The notes under the pieces: generated by a model
Databases searched by the model: none
What the model saw: only the letters and a program-made list of their open reading frames with translations
Told to the model about the DNA's origin: nothing
DNA from: a virus
Lineage: Duplodnaviria > Caudoviricetes
Direction: 5' to 3' (one strand)
IMG/VR virus record: IMGVR_UViG_3300044613_000656
Span: 1 to 62,171 of that record
DNA: 62,171 nt
Shown here: piece after piece, positions 1 through 8,903 of the stretch
How the letters are laid out: each line of letters starts with the position of its first letter
Position numbering within the stretch: position 1 is the first letter of the stretch
Position numbers and translations under genes: made by a program

Positions 1-22
1 GAGCGCACGGATACCCGTTCCC
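1..22 (-). promoter_or_regulatory. 22-nt repeated element, copy 1 (candidate early promoter/regulatory site)
   Basis: gagcgcacggatacccgttccc matches 790-811 at 20/22; both lie just past a - strand terminator. Confidence 0.45.
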
Positions 23-76
23 GGCGGGAAAATCGGGCCGTAGTACCTGATCGGTCACTTCGTTATTTTTGGGCGC

Positions 77-105
77 AAAAAAACCCCGGAGGGTTAGTCC
101 GGGGT
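77..105 (-). terminator. Rho-independent terminator
   Basis: On - strand ACCCCGGA-loop-TCCGGGGT then T-run, just after stop of 125..643. Confidence 0.8.
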
Positions 106-124
106 GTTAAGGGAGGGTTGAGGT

Positions 125-643
125 CTAGGCGTCGGCCTTGATAACCCCATCCTCGATGCAGGCCTCTTGGAAGTGATCCCAGAGGTTTTTGAGGGCATGG
201 CATTGACCCTCGGCGGTCTTGAAGAGGTGGTTTTGAAGCATCCGCGCGGCCTCCTCAACAAACTTGATCTCCTCCTTACCTGAAGATCCGGCCTTGGGTT
301 TGGCGATCCCTGCGGCCTGTTTGACCTCATCCATGAAACGCTTGAGTTTCATGTTGACATTGACCTCGCCAGCGGCCTTGGCGCGATCCTTGACTTGGGT
401 TGTTACCCAGTCATAGGCCAATTGGGCGGGTTTGTGACCCGTCCGGGTGATCTTCAGGATCCAGCGGCGCTTGACGCCATCATCCTTGTCGAAGATCTCA
501 AGCGCCATCAAGGCCGCTTTTCTGACCGCACCCTGTTCTTTCTTGGATACATCTAACCAAGTGTCGAGGGTTGTTTGAAAGGCCGTCAAGGGGACGGGCT
601 GGGTTGCGCCAATGGCGCTTGCGACTGCGGTTTGATCTGACAT
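125..643 (-). CDS. Hypothetical early protein (172 aa)
   Basis: ORF track 125..691; ATG at 643 has GGAGAG SD; followed by terminator. Confidence 0.75.
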   Translation of the reverse strand: MSDQTAVASAIGATQPVPLTAFQTTLDTWLDVSKKEQGAVRKAALMALEIFDKDDGVKRRWILKITRTGHKPAQLAYDWVTTQVKDRAKAAGEVNVNMKLKRFMDEVKQAAGIAKPKAGSSGKEEIKFVEEAARMLQNHLFKTAEGQCHALKNLWDHFQEACIEDGVIKADA

Positions 644-748
644 TTTACTCTCCAGTATGTTGTCAGGTTGCCCGGTTATCCGGGATGTCATGCGGAATTG
701 CAGGACATAAGATTAAGACCGGGTTGCGGGTTGTTTGTTCCCTAAGAT

Positions 749-762
749 GTCACAACGTGATT
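749..762. promoter_or_regulatory. TCAC-N3-GTGA palindromic box
   Basis: GTCACAACGTGATT upstream of 125..643; same box recurs at 54-61 kb. Confidence 0.55.
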
Positions 763-789
763 GTCTGACGGCATGGAGGCTAGGCGAGA

Positions 790-811
790 GAGCGCACGTA
801 TACCAGTTCCC
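790..811 (-). promoter_or_regulatory. 22-nt repeated element, copy 2
   Basis: gagcgcacgtataccagttccc, 20/22 identical to 1-22. Confidence 0.45.
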
Positions 812-818
812 TAGGGGC

Positions 819-847
819 AATAAAAAACCCGGCGATGTTCTGCCGGG
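819..847 (-). terminator. Rho-independent terminator
   Basis: CCCGGC stem / GCCGGG followed by TTTTTTATT on - strand, after 868..1017. Confidence 0.75.
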
Positions 848-867
848 CCAACTTGGAAATCAGGGAA

Positions 868-1017
868 TCAGGTGAGCATGGAGTATTTTTTGTTGTGGTG
901 CCTGATCATCTGCCATGCCACGAATATTGCCCACAGGTCGTTGCCCATCCAAACACAGTACCAAAACCCGTAATTCCTTAGATCGTCTTGCAATTGCCAT
1001 ATGTTGTAGGTCTTCAT
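868..1017 (-). CDS. Small Trp-rich protein (49 aa), not in ORF track
   Basis: MKTYNIWQLQDDLRNYGFWYCVWMGNDLWAIFVAWQMIRHHNKKYSMLT; AAGGA SD; tightly packed with neighbours. Confidence 0.6.
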   Translation of the reverse strand: MKTYNIWQLQDDLRNYGFWYCVWMGNDLWAIFVAWQMIRHHNKKYSMLT

Positions 1018-1027
1018 ATTGATTCCT

Positions 1028-1180
1028 TTACTCTATTGGATTTTTGGCTATAAATTCGACCATCTTTTGATACATCTCTCCGCCGGTTATCTCTCCGAAT
1101 TCCCATTTGTTATGGAATTCTTGAATCAGGGAAAGGATTTTCTCTGCTAACTCTAGGTCTTTGTCTTTCATATGTCCCAT
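1028..1180 (-). CDS. Small hypothetical protein (50 aa), not in ORF track
   Basis: MGHMKDKDLELAEKILSLIQEFHNKWEFGEITGGEMYQKMVEFIAKNPIE; preceded by the hairpin-split SD repeat. Confidence 0.65.
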   Translation of the reverse strand: MGHMKDKDLELAEKILSLIQEFHNKWEFGEITGGEMYQKMVEFIAKNPIE

Positions 1181-1188
1181 GTTCTAAT

Positions 1189-1214
1189 CGGGCGGGTTTC
1201 CCCGCCCGTCTCCG
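1189..1214 (-). repeat. 26-nt direct repeat copy 1: GGAG + GAAA-tetraloop hairpin before ATG
   Basis: cgggcgggtttccccgcccgtctccg identical to 1446-1471. Confidence 0.9.
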
Positions 1215-1215
1215 T

Positions 1216-1437
1216 TTAGTTTAGTTTTAGAAGAACTACCATGTGCATCTTGTTGTACCGCAACATAATCTTACTGATGCCATCGCGGATTAGATCAGGC
1301 ACTTGGCTTTTGCTAACATATCCACTCAACCGTATGTCCTGAATAACGAAATCCTTGTTGGCATCCCAATCCGCCAGTGCCTTGGCTTTACTGGTGTAAT
1401 CCCTGCCGTATGCGGGACTGATAGTGATTGATCTCAT
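1216..1437 (-). CDS. Hypothetical phage protein (73 aa)
   Basis: ORF with PAYGRDY motif, fits between the two repeats. Confidence 0.75.
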   Translation of the reverse strand: MRSITISPAYGRDYTSKAKALADWDANKDFVIQDIRLSGYVSKSQVPDLIRDGISKIMLRYNKMHMVVLLKLN

Positions 1438-1445
1438 GTATTTAC

Positions 1446-1471
1446 CGGGCGGGTTTCCCCGCCCGTCTCCG
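1446..1471 (-). repeat. 26-nt direct repeat copy 2
   Basis: Identical to 1189-1214. Confidence 0.9.
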
Positions 1472-1472
1472 G

Positions 1473-1751
1473 TTATTGTTGGTTAAAGGCCTTGACCAAA
1501 CGGTTCAAGATTCGGATGGCGTGCTCTGCTTGCCGTTGACGGGCTTTTAACCTATCAGAGTGCATTGCGTCATGGACGATCCAGTCCATAAAGTGTTGAA
1601 CCTCTTCGGCACCGCCGCGAGCATTAGCCTCATGCAGATTCTCCACAAGGCCTTGGATATGTGAGCGAACCCTGCCCTGCTCACGCTTTAGCCCGTCAAG
1701 GGCGTAGAGTAGTTCACCGGTAGTGAACTGAGGTGTATTGCGATCATCCAT
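1473..1751 (-). CDS. Hypothetical helical protein (92 aa)
   Basis: ORF with GGAG SD; first gene of the leftward unit. Confidence 0.7.
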   Translation of the reverse strand: MDDRNTPQFTTGELLYALDGLKREQGRVRSHIQGLVENLHEANARGGAEEVQHFMDWIVHDAMHSDRLKARQRQAEHAIRILNRLVKAFNQQ

Positions 1752-2076
1752 GTTAATTCTCCAAGTTAACGCCTAGTAAATACTAGGTAATGCTAGGACT
1801 GGGCTAAACCCGATTTGTTCCCGGCGACCCCTACCGGTGGGGCATCCCCCCCTATGGCTGTCCGGGCGGGACTCCGCTATAACACATTAATCCGCGCACC
1901 CGATTAGCATTTTTTGAAACCAACTGTCCGTCATAGTTCCCCTTATCCAAACTTCTCTAAACATCTCAACATATCTTTTACTAACCCCCTCCCCTAACTC
2001 GCGGTTTTCCCAAGTCCTTAATTAAGTTCCCACAGACCCACCCCCCTTCTTTTTATTTACCTCCCTACCCCGGGGT

Positions 2077-2132
2077 ACTCCCCCCGGAAACTCACCATTT
2101 TTCAACTCCCCCCGGAAACTCACTATTTTTTA
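2077..2132 (+). repeat. 28-nt tandem repeat x2 upstream of terS
   Basis: actccccccggaaactcaccatttttca / actccccccggaaactcactatttttta (26/28). Confidence 0.85.
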
Positions 2133-2138
2133 AACTTC

Positions 2139-2167
2139 TTCACATTTCCCAATAATTTCTTTACACT
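2139..2167 (+). promoter_or_regulatory. Sigma70-like promoter for terS (probably leaderless transcript)
   Basis: TTCACA (2139-2144), 17 nt, TACACT (2162-2167); ATG 8 nt later with no SD. Confidence 0.55.
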
Positions 2168-2175
2168 CCCCGCTC

Positions 2176-2772
2176 ATGCAACTACTCGAACCCGAGGCAA
2201 ACGTCGATATCCCTTTGAGGGACTACGACTACAAAGATGTTTACGAGAAGGCCAAAATAGCCTGTGCTACGGCGTTGCGCCTAAACGAAATGGGTATGCC
2301 TATAGAACTTGAGGAAGAGGACGATCTCTTTGCTAAACAAGTTATAACCCAAGAGGTAAAGCCCACCACGAAACAAATATTCAAACCCGGGGTGGCAATC
2401 AAGTTAGGGGCACTATTAGAAGAGTACGAAGTGCAAGTGGCAAAAGATGCCGCTCAGTTACGCACAGTCGCTACTAATAAACTAATTGAGATGCTAGACG
2501 ACCCAGATCCCAAGGTGCGTCTTAAGTCTGTGGAGTTAATTGGAAAGATTGCAGACGTTGGGCTTTTTGCCGAGCGCACTCAGATCACGATTATCAATAA
2601 GTCAACCGAAGAGTTAGAGCGAGAGTTAGTTGGCCTATTTAAAGATTACGTTGATGTAGAGGCAAGAGAAGTAACAAAGGTAGAACAGTTAATGTCTGAA
2701 GAAGTGCAAGACGTTGAAGAGATTAAGGCAGAGGAACAAGAAGTAGAAGAAGTGGATGCGGAAGATAAATAG
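2176..2772 (+). CDS. terS: Probable terminase small subunit
   Basis: Immediately upstream of terL; helical core LKSVELIGKIADVGLF and acidic tail. Confidence 0.65.
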   Translation: MQLLEPEANVDIPLRDYDYKDVYEKAKIACATALRLNEMGMPIELEEEDDLFAKQVITQEVKPTTKQIFKPGVAIKLGALLEEYEVQVAKDAAQLRTVATNKLIEMLDDPDPKVRLKSVELIGKIADVGLFAERTQITIINKSTEELERELVGLFKDYVDVEAREVTKVEQLMSEEVQDVEEIKAEEQEVEEVDAEDK

Positions 2773-4287
2773 ATGGGTGCATCCGAACTTAGTCCTGAAC
2801 TACTTGAGCAGGTCTTACCAAAACTACCGATAGATAAACAAGCGGTTGCTAAACAGATCTTGGAGGAACTCTCCAAGCGCAAACGCAAAAATAAAGCACA
2901 AGACAAATTTTTAGATTTTGTCAATGCAATGTGGGAGACATTTATACATGGACGGCATCACGAGATCATGGCAGAAGCCTTCGAGCGAGTGGCTCGCGGG
3001 GAACTTAAACGTCTCATCATCAACATGCCACCCCGACATACAAAATCTGAGTTCGCCTCTTACCTGCTACCCGCGTGGTTCCTTGGAAAATACCCTACAA
3101 AAAAGGTCATTCAGACAAGCCACACCGCAGAACTTGCAACAGACTTCGGACGTAAAGTGCGAAATCTCGTTGACAGTGAAAATTACAAAGCCATCTTCCC
3201 CAAGGTCTCACTACAGTCAGACAGCAAGGCTGCTGGACGATGGAACACTTCCCACGGCGGCACATACTTTGCTATTGGTGTGGGCGGCGCTGTCACAGGT
3301 AAAGGTGCAGACCTCTTGATCATTGATGATCCGCACTCAGAACAAGAAGCGATTCTTGCTGAAGTTAATCCTGACATCTACGACAAGGTATACGAGTGGT
3401 ATTCATCTGGCCCACGTCAGCGTTTGCAACCCGGTGGATCAATCGTGATGGTGATGACACGTTGGAGCAAACGTGATCTAACAGCGCAAGTAATTAAAGC
3501 AAGTGTGCAACGTGGTGGTGAAGAGTGGGAAGTAATTGAACTACCTGCGATCCTACCAAGTGGCAATCCACTGTGGCCTCAGTTTTGGAGCCTAGAAGAA
3601 TTAACTGCACTGAAAGATGAACTACCAATTCACAAATGGAACGCACAGTACATGCAAGCACCAACAGGTGCAGAAGGTGCGTTAATAAAACGTGAGTGGT
3701 GGAAGGTGTGGGAACACGATAAACCACCTAAGTGTGATTACATTATTCAGTCATGGGATACAGCGTTTAGTAAAACTAGCCGCTCTGACTTTAGTGCGTG
3801 TATAACGCTTGGCATTTTTCATCCAGAAGATTCACCGAACCCGCAGATAATTTTGCTCGATGCGTTTAAAGAGCGACTTGAGTTTCCAGAGTTAAAAGAA
3901 AAAGCGCTTGAGTTGTATAAAGACTACGAGCCAGACTGTTGCATCATTGAAGCAAAAGCAGCCGGTGCACCTCTGGTGTATGAACTGCGTTCTATGGGTA
4001 TCCCTGTGCAGGACTACATACCAAGCAGGGGTAATGACAAGATTACCCGGGTCAACTCAATTGCTGATATTTTTGCTTCGGGTCTGGTGTACGCCCCGGA
4101 TGCTCGGTGGGCAGAAGAGGTAATAGAAGAGTATGCTTCGTTTCCAGCAGGCGAGCATGATGACTTAGTGGACGCAATGACACAGGCTCTGATACGCTTT
4201 CGGCATGGCGGGCTTATTCGCCTAGAATCCGATGAGCCGGATGATCCTAGTTTTTTCAAGTCGCGGCGTTCCAAGGGGTATTACTAA
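2773..4287 (+). CDS. terL: Terminase large subunit
   Basis: INMPPRHTKS Walker A variant, LLIIDDP Walker B, nuclease motifs QSWDTA and HDDLVDA. Confidence 0.97.
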   Translation: MGASELSPELLEQVLPKLPIDKQAVAKQILEELSKRKRKNKAQDKFLDFVNAMWETFIHGRHHEIMAEAFERVARGELKRLIINMPPRHTKSEFASYLLPAWFLGKYPTKKVIQTSHTAELATDFGRKVRNLVDSENYKAIFPKVSLQSDSKAAGRWNTSHGGTYFAIGVGGAVTGKGADLLIIDDPHSEQEAILAEVNPDIYDKVYEWYSSGPRQRLQPGGSIVMVMTRWSKRDLTAQVIKASVQRGGEEWEVIELPAILPSGNPLWPQFWSLEELTALKDELPIHKWNAQYMQAPTGAEGALIKREWWKVWEHDKPPKCDYIIQSWDTAFSKTSRSDFSACITLGIFHPEDSPNPQIILLDAFKERLEFPELKEKALELYKDYEPDCCIIEAKAAGAPLVYELRSMGIPVQDYIPSRGNDKITRVNSIADIFASGLVYAPDARWAEEVIEEYASFPAGEHDDLVDAMTQALIRFRHGGLIRLESDEPDDPSFFKSRRSKGYY

Positions 4288-4297
4288 AGGATGAGAT

Positions 4298-6748
4298 ATG
4301 GCAATCGATAAGGCTATAACGCAAGCCCCGTTGGGGTTAGATCAAGAGTTAATGTCCTCTGAGCCGGATATTGAGATCGAGATTGAAGACCCTGAATCGG
4401 TAGAAATACGGGCCGGGGGGCTAGAAATAGAGATTGCCAAGGGCGGGGGCGGCGAGGGTATTGATGAGTTCACCGCCAACCTAGCCGAGTATTTGGACGA
4501 AGGCGCCCTGTCCGACCTAGCAGGGGAAATGCTAGAAAACTTCCAAACGGACAAGGACTCCCGCAAAGATTGGGAAAAGACGTACTTTGACGGGCTAGAG
4601 TTGCTAGGCTTAAACATGCAAGAGCGCATGGAGCCTTGGGAAGGGGCATGCGGGGTGTTCCACCCGATCCTGTCTGAGGCCGTAGTTCGCTTCCAAGCCG
4701 ACTCCATCATGGAGACTTTCCCTGCCAGTGGCCCCGTGCGGACACAGATTATTGGGAAAATCACTAAAACTAAGGAAGATGCAGCCGCCCGTGTCCGTGA
4801 AGACATGAACTACCAACTCACGGTCAAGATGCCTGAGTATCGTGCAGAGCACGAAAGAATGTTGTGGAGCCTAGCCTTGGCGGGTTCGGCCTTCAAAAAG
4901 GTCTACTTTGACCCAAATCTTGATCGTCAAGTCGCTGTTTTCATCCCAGCCGAGGATTTTGTGGTGCCCTATGGGGCCTCAGATCTGCTGACCTGTGAGC
5001 GCTACACCCATGTGATGCGGAAAACAGTCAACGAAGTCAAGAAATTACAGATTGCTGGCTTTTACCGAGACATTGACTTACCCGAACCAGAGTATGGGTC
5101 GGTAGATCGTAGCGATTTAAAGGCTCAAAGTGACGAAGCAAACATTGTTCACGACGACAGATATCAGATTTTGGAGATGCACGTCGATTTGGACATTGAA
5201 GACGACCCGCTTCGGGACGAGAACGGCATCGCTATACCCTATGTAGTGTCTGTCGAGAAGCAAACCCAGACGATACTTGCCATTCGGCGCAACTGGAACC
5301 CTGACGACAAACTAAAAGCCAAGCGTTTACACTTTGTTCACTATGTTTACATTCCCGGTTTTGGGTTTTATGGGTATGGGTTAATCCACCTAATCGGTGG
5401 TCATGCCAAATCCAGCACTTCTATACTTCGTCAACTTGTCGATGCGGGCACTTTGGCGAACTTGCCGGGTGGCTTGAAGACCCGTGGACTGCGGATTAAG
5501 GGTGATGACACCCCGATCTCCCCGGGAGAGTTCCGAGATGTAGACGTTGCAAGCGGGAAAATCAGCGAAAACATCGCTTTCTTGCCTTACAAAGAGCCAA
5601 GTCAGGTGCTATTGGCTCTTATGGATAGGATCGTTGATCAGGGGCGCGGTCTTGCCGCCGTTTCTGAACTAAAGATCACTGACGTAAACAAGGAAACACC
5701 GGTGGGGACTACATTGGCCCTGCTAGAAAGATCTTTAAAGGTGATGTCAGCCGTTCAGGCTCGACTACATGCCTCGATGAAGATGGAATTTGGGCTTTTG
5801 GCGGCAATAATTGCCGAATTTGCCCCCGATGAGTACGAATATGAGCCGCAAACCGATGATGAGATGGTTCCGGCGACCCGAAGCGACTACGAAGTTACAG
5901 AAATCATCCCTGTTTCCGATCCAAATGCGGCAACAATGTCCCAGCGGGTGGTTCAGTACCAAGCAGCCCTCCAATTAGCCCAAACGGCACCCCAGTTATA
6001 CGACATGGCGCAGTTACATAGGCAGATGTTGGAGATTTTGGGGGTACGAAACGTCGCAAAACTGATTCCGACGGCTGAAGATGAGGTTCCAAAGGATCCC
6101 ATCACGGAAAACATGAACGCAATCAACCTAAAACCGCTGAAAGCCTTCATTTATCAGGATCACGAAGCCCATATCCGGGTTCATATGAACTTATTACAAG
6201 ATCCTTTGATGCAACAGATGATTGGGCAGAACCCAGCAGCCCCCCGTATCCAAGCCGCAGCACAGGCACATATTGCCGAGCACTTGGCGTTTGCCTACCG
6301 CCAGCGTATGGAGGAGGCTATGGGTGTTGCCCTGCCGCCGCCTGATATGAAGATGCCTGAGCAGTTTGAGGTTGAGTTGGCCCGTGTCGCGGCCCAAGCC
6401 TCTGACTTGGTGTTGGGTAAGAGTAAGACCGAGATTGCGGCACAGCAGGCTCAGATCGCTGCCAATGACCCGATCACACAGATCCAGAAGCAGGAGTTGG
6501 CGCTAAAAGCAGCGGAAATTGAAAGAAAGTCTAAGAAAGACGCAACGGACGCCGCCGCTAAAGCGGATCAGATCCGCATTGAGGAGGAGCGTATCAAGGC
6601 TCAAGCCGAGATTGAAGGCGCTCGGTTGGGTATAGAAGTTGCCAAGGCCAAAGAAGATATGAAAGGGCGCTTTGAGGCTGAGGGAGTACGTCTAGGGGTA
6701 GACATGGCGCGGTTACGACAAGACAAGTCAAAGCCACCTACCACCTAG
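4298..6748 (+). CDS. Portal protein
   Basis: 816 aa after terL; GSAFKKVY, GFGFYGYGL, ETPVGTTLAL motifs; long Q/A-rich C-terminal barrel. Confidence 0.9.
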   Translation: MAIDKAITQAPLGLDQELMSSEPDIEIEIEDPESVEIRAGGLEIEIAKGGGGEGIDEFTANLAEYLDEGALSDLAGEMLENFQTDKDSRKDWEKTYFDGLELLGLNMQERMEPWEGACGVFHPILSEAVVRFQADSIMETFPASGPVRTQIIGKITKTKEDAAARVREDMNYQLTVKMPEYRAEHERMLWSLALAGSAFKKVYFDPNLDRQVAVFIPAEDFVVPYGASDLLTCERYTHVMRKTVNEVKKLQIAGFYRDIDLPEPEYGSVDRSDLKAQSDEANIVHDDRYQILEMHVDLDIEDDPLRDENGIAIPYVVSVEKQTQTILAIRRNWNPDDKLKAKRLHFVHYVYIPGFGFYGYGLIHLIGGHAKSSTSILRQLVDAGTLANLPGGLKTRGLRIKGDDTPISPGEFRDVDVASGKISENIAFLPYKEPSQVLLALMDRIVDQGRGLAAVSELKITDVNKETPVGTTLALLERSLKVMSAVQARLHASMKMEFGLLAAIIAEFAPDEYEYEPQTDDEMVPATRSDYEVTEIIPVSDPNAATMSQRVVQYQAALQLAQTAPQLYDMAQLHRQMLEILGVRNVAKLIPTAEDEVPKDPITENMNAINLKPLKAFIYQDHEAHIRVHMNLLQDPLMQQMIGQNPAAPRIQAAAQAHIAEHLAFAYRQRMEEAMGVALPPPDMKMPEQFEVELARVAAQASDLVLGKSKTEIAAQQAQIAANDPITQIQKQELALKAAEIERKSKKDATDAAAKADQIRIEEERIKAQAEIEGARLGIEVAKAKEDMKGRFEAEGVRLGVDMARLRQDKSKPPTT

Positions 6749-6757
6749 GAGAACTAA

Positions 6758-6982
6758 ATGTCTACATACATACAAGTAGGGGAAGTTAAGTCTTTTGAGG
6801 AGCAGATTAGAAAAAGACTGCGGGATCACTTAAACAATTCAGCCGACGACCTAGCCACCGGCGGCGCAACGGATTATGCCGATTATCGATTTCGGGTCGG
6901 CGTAATACAAGGACTTGCTATGGCAGAACGGGAAATCCTTGACCTAATCGAAATCGCTAAAAAGGCTGAAGATTCACTATGA
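6758..6982 (+). CDS. Small head-region protein
   Basis: DYADYRFRVGVIQGL motif; AGGAG SD; between portal and GroES. Confidence 0.75.
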   Translation: MSTYIQVGEVKSFEEQIRKRLRDHLNNSADDLATGGATDYADYRFRVGVIQGLAMAEREILDLIEIAKKAEDSL

Positions 6983-7368
6983 CAATAGGCGCAATTGACC
7001 GGGCGGCAACTGAAAACGCTGCTTCCCAAATAGACCCCATAAAGATGCCCGAACCATCGGGTTACAAGATCCTCATCACTCTTCCCAAAGTGGCCGAAAA
7101 CCTCGGAGACTCAGGGCTAGTGCTGGCGGAAGCCACCAAGAAAGCGGAAGAAACAGCATCCTGCTTAGGGTTTGTACTTAAATTAGGATCGCTGGCGTAC
7201 AAGGGTTCCAAGTTTGAAAGTGGCCCTTGGTGTAAAGAAGGCGACTTCATCATCATGCGTAATTATTCAGGCACTCGGTTCAAGATTGACGGACAAGAGT
7301 TTCGCCTGATTAACGACGACCAAGTTGAAGCCGTCGTGGACGATCCTCGTGGTTATACCCGTGCGTAA
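6979..7368 (+). CDS. groES: GroES/Cpn10-like co-chaperonin
   Basis: PSGYKILI...SGLVL...GPWCKEGDFI...YSGTRFKIDGQEFRLINDDQVEAVV. Confidence 0.85.
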   Translation: MTIGAIDRAATENAASQIDPIKMPEPSGYKILITLPKVAENLGDSGLVLAEATKKAEETASCLGFVLKLGSLAYKGSKFESGPWCKEGDFIIMRNYSGTRFKIDGQEFRLINDDQVEAVVDDPRGYTRA

Positions 7369-7378
7369 GGAGAAGTAA

Positions 7379-8440
7379 ATGGCTAATGAAGAAATCGTAA
7401 CAACACTAGAAACAATCAATAACGACCTGAAAGCCAAGGCAGAAGAGTCTACCCCAGACGTTGATTTGGGGTATGAGGAAGCGTCTGCTCAAGTGGCTGA
7501 AGTCAAGGCTTCAAAGGAGACCAAGGGTAAAAAAGCCCCCGATTTTGAGATAGAGATCGTGGACGACACCCCTCCCGAGGATCAGAACCGCAAGCCTATG
7601 AAAACCGCCCCCAAGGAGACGGACGAGATAGATGCGGTCAACGATAAAGTCCAAAAACGCCTAGATGAACTAAAGCGGGCGTGGCATGACGAGCGCAGGG
7701 CAAAAGATAAAGCCTCTCGGGAGCAAGCCGAGGCTCTAGCCTATGCCAAGCAGGTTTTAGAAGAAAATAAACGCCTGAAATCAAAGTTAACAGAGGGCGA
7801 AAAGGTGCTTCTTGAACAGGCACAGGCTCGCACCGATGTTGCACTACAAGCGGCAAAACGTGGTCTCAGGGAAGCCCAAGAATCTGGCGACCCGGATAAG
7901 GTCGCTGAGGCAATGTCTGAGATTAGTCGGGCTACTATGGAGCAGGAAAACTGGAAAAGGTATCAACCCCAGTTTGCGGCCCAAAAAGAAGAGACTTTAC
8001 AACCGGAAGATAATTCAGTACCTTATCAACAGGTTGTGCAACCGCAAGTGCCGCCGCCAGACCAGAAAGCAATCAACTGGTACAACCGCAACACTTGGTT
8101 TGGTGTTGACGAGGAAATGACGGCATTGGCGTATGCACAGCACGAGAAATTAGTTAAGACTGGGTTAAGTCCTCAGTCTGACGAATACTACGAGCGTATT
8201 GATGCTCGGCTTCGGCAAGTTTTTCCCGATAGGTTCGAGGAGAATGATTCTGCAAAAGATGAAACTCCAGAGCCACAGAAGGTAGAAAAACGCCAACAGA
8301 CAACGGTGGTAGCACCGGCGACACGAACGACCTCAAGTAAAAAGATTACGCTCACCAAATCACAGGTGGCTATTGCTCGACGCTTGGGTGTCCCCTTAGA
8401 GGTATATGCGAAACAAGTTGCTATGCAGGAGAATAGATAA
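7379..8440 (+). CDS. Probable capsid scaffolding protein
   Basis: Acidic coiled-coil protein with C-terminal LTKSQVAIARRLGVPLEVYAK, upstream of capsid genes. Confidence 0.75.
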   Translation: MANEEIVTTLETINNDLKAKAEESTPDVDLGYEEASAQVAEVKASKETKGKKAPDFEIEIVDDTPPEDQNRKPMKTAPKETDEIDAVNDKVQKRLDELKRAWHDERRAKDKASREQAEALAYAKQVLEENKRLKSKLTEGEKVLLEQAQARTDVALQAAKRGLREAQESGDPDKVAEAMSEISRATMEQENWKRYQPQFAAQKEETLQPEDNSVPYQQVVQPQVPPPDQKAINWYNRNTWFGVDEEMTALAYAQHEKLVKTGLSPQSDEYYERIDARLRQVFPDRFEENDSAKDETPEPQKVEKRQQTTVVAPATRTTSSKKITLTKSQVAIARRLGVPLEVYAKQVAMQENR

Positions 8441-8886
8441 TGTCAAGAATTGATCGTGCTTTAGAATCTCGTGAACGCGAATCTCGCGCTCAGTCATTTA
8501 CCTATACACCTCCGCAGCAATTGCCGGATCCCGATCCACAAGATGGTTATACCTTCCGTTGGATTCGTACTCATTTCATGGGTCAGAGTGACGCTAGAAA
8601 CGTCTCTATGGCACGTCGTGATGGATATGAGCCTGTACGGATTGAGGATCATCCCGAGATGGCATTTATCGTAGACGACCCCTCTAAGTTAAGTGGAAAT
8701 GTCGAGATTGGCGGCTTGATGCTTTGTAAGCAGTTGGAAGAAAAAACAAAAGCACGACAAGCCTACTATGATGAGTTAAGCCATAGGCAGATTCAGTCTG
8801 TGGATAACAACTTCATGCGGGAAAACGATCCGAGGATGCCTCTCTTTACCGAGAAACGCTCTGAGGTAAGTTTTAACAAACGATAA
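8440..8886 (+). CDS. Head-region hypothetical protein
   Basis: GYTFRWIR / GGLMLCK motifs; coupled to scaffold gene. Confidence 0.8.
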   Translation: MSRIDRALESRERESRAQSFTYTPPQQLPDPDPQDGYTFRWIRTHFMGQSDARNVSMARRDGYEPVRIEDHPEMAFIVDDPSKLSGNVEIGGLMLCKQLEEKTKARQAYYDELSHRQIQSVDNNFMRENDPRMPLFTEKRSEVSFNKR

Positions 8887-8903
8887 ACTCTTAGGAGATT
8901 GAT

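Noticed and set aside
1189-1471. 26-nt palindromic repeats as a mini-CRISPR array or terminators
   Set aside because: Only two copies, separated by a 231-nt stretch holding a gene; no U-tract; no cas operon
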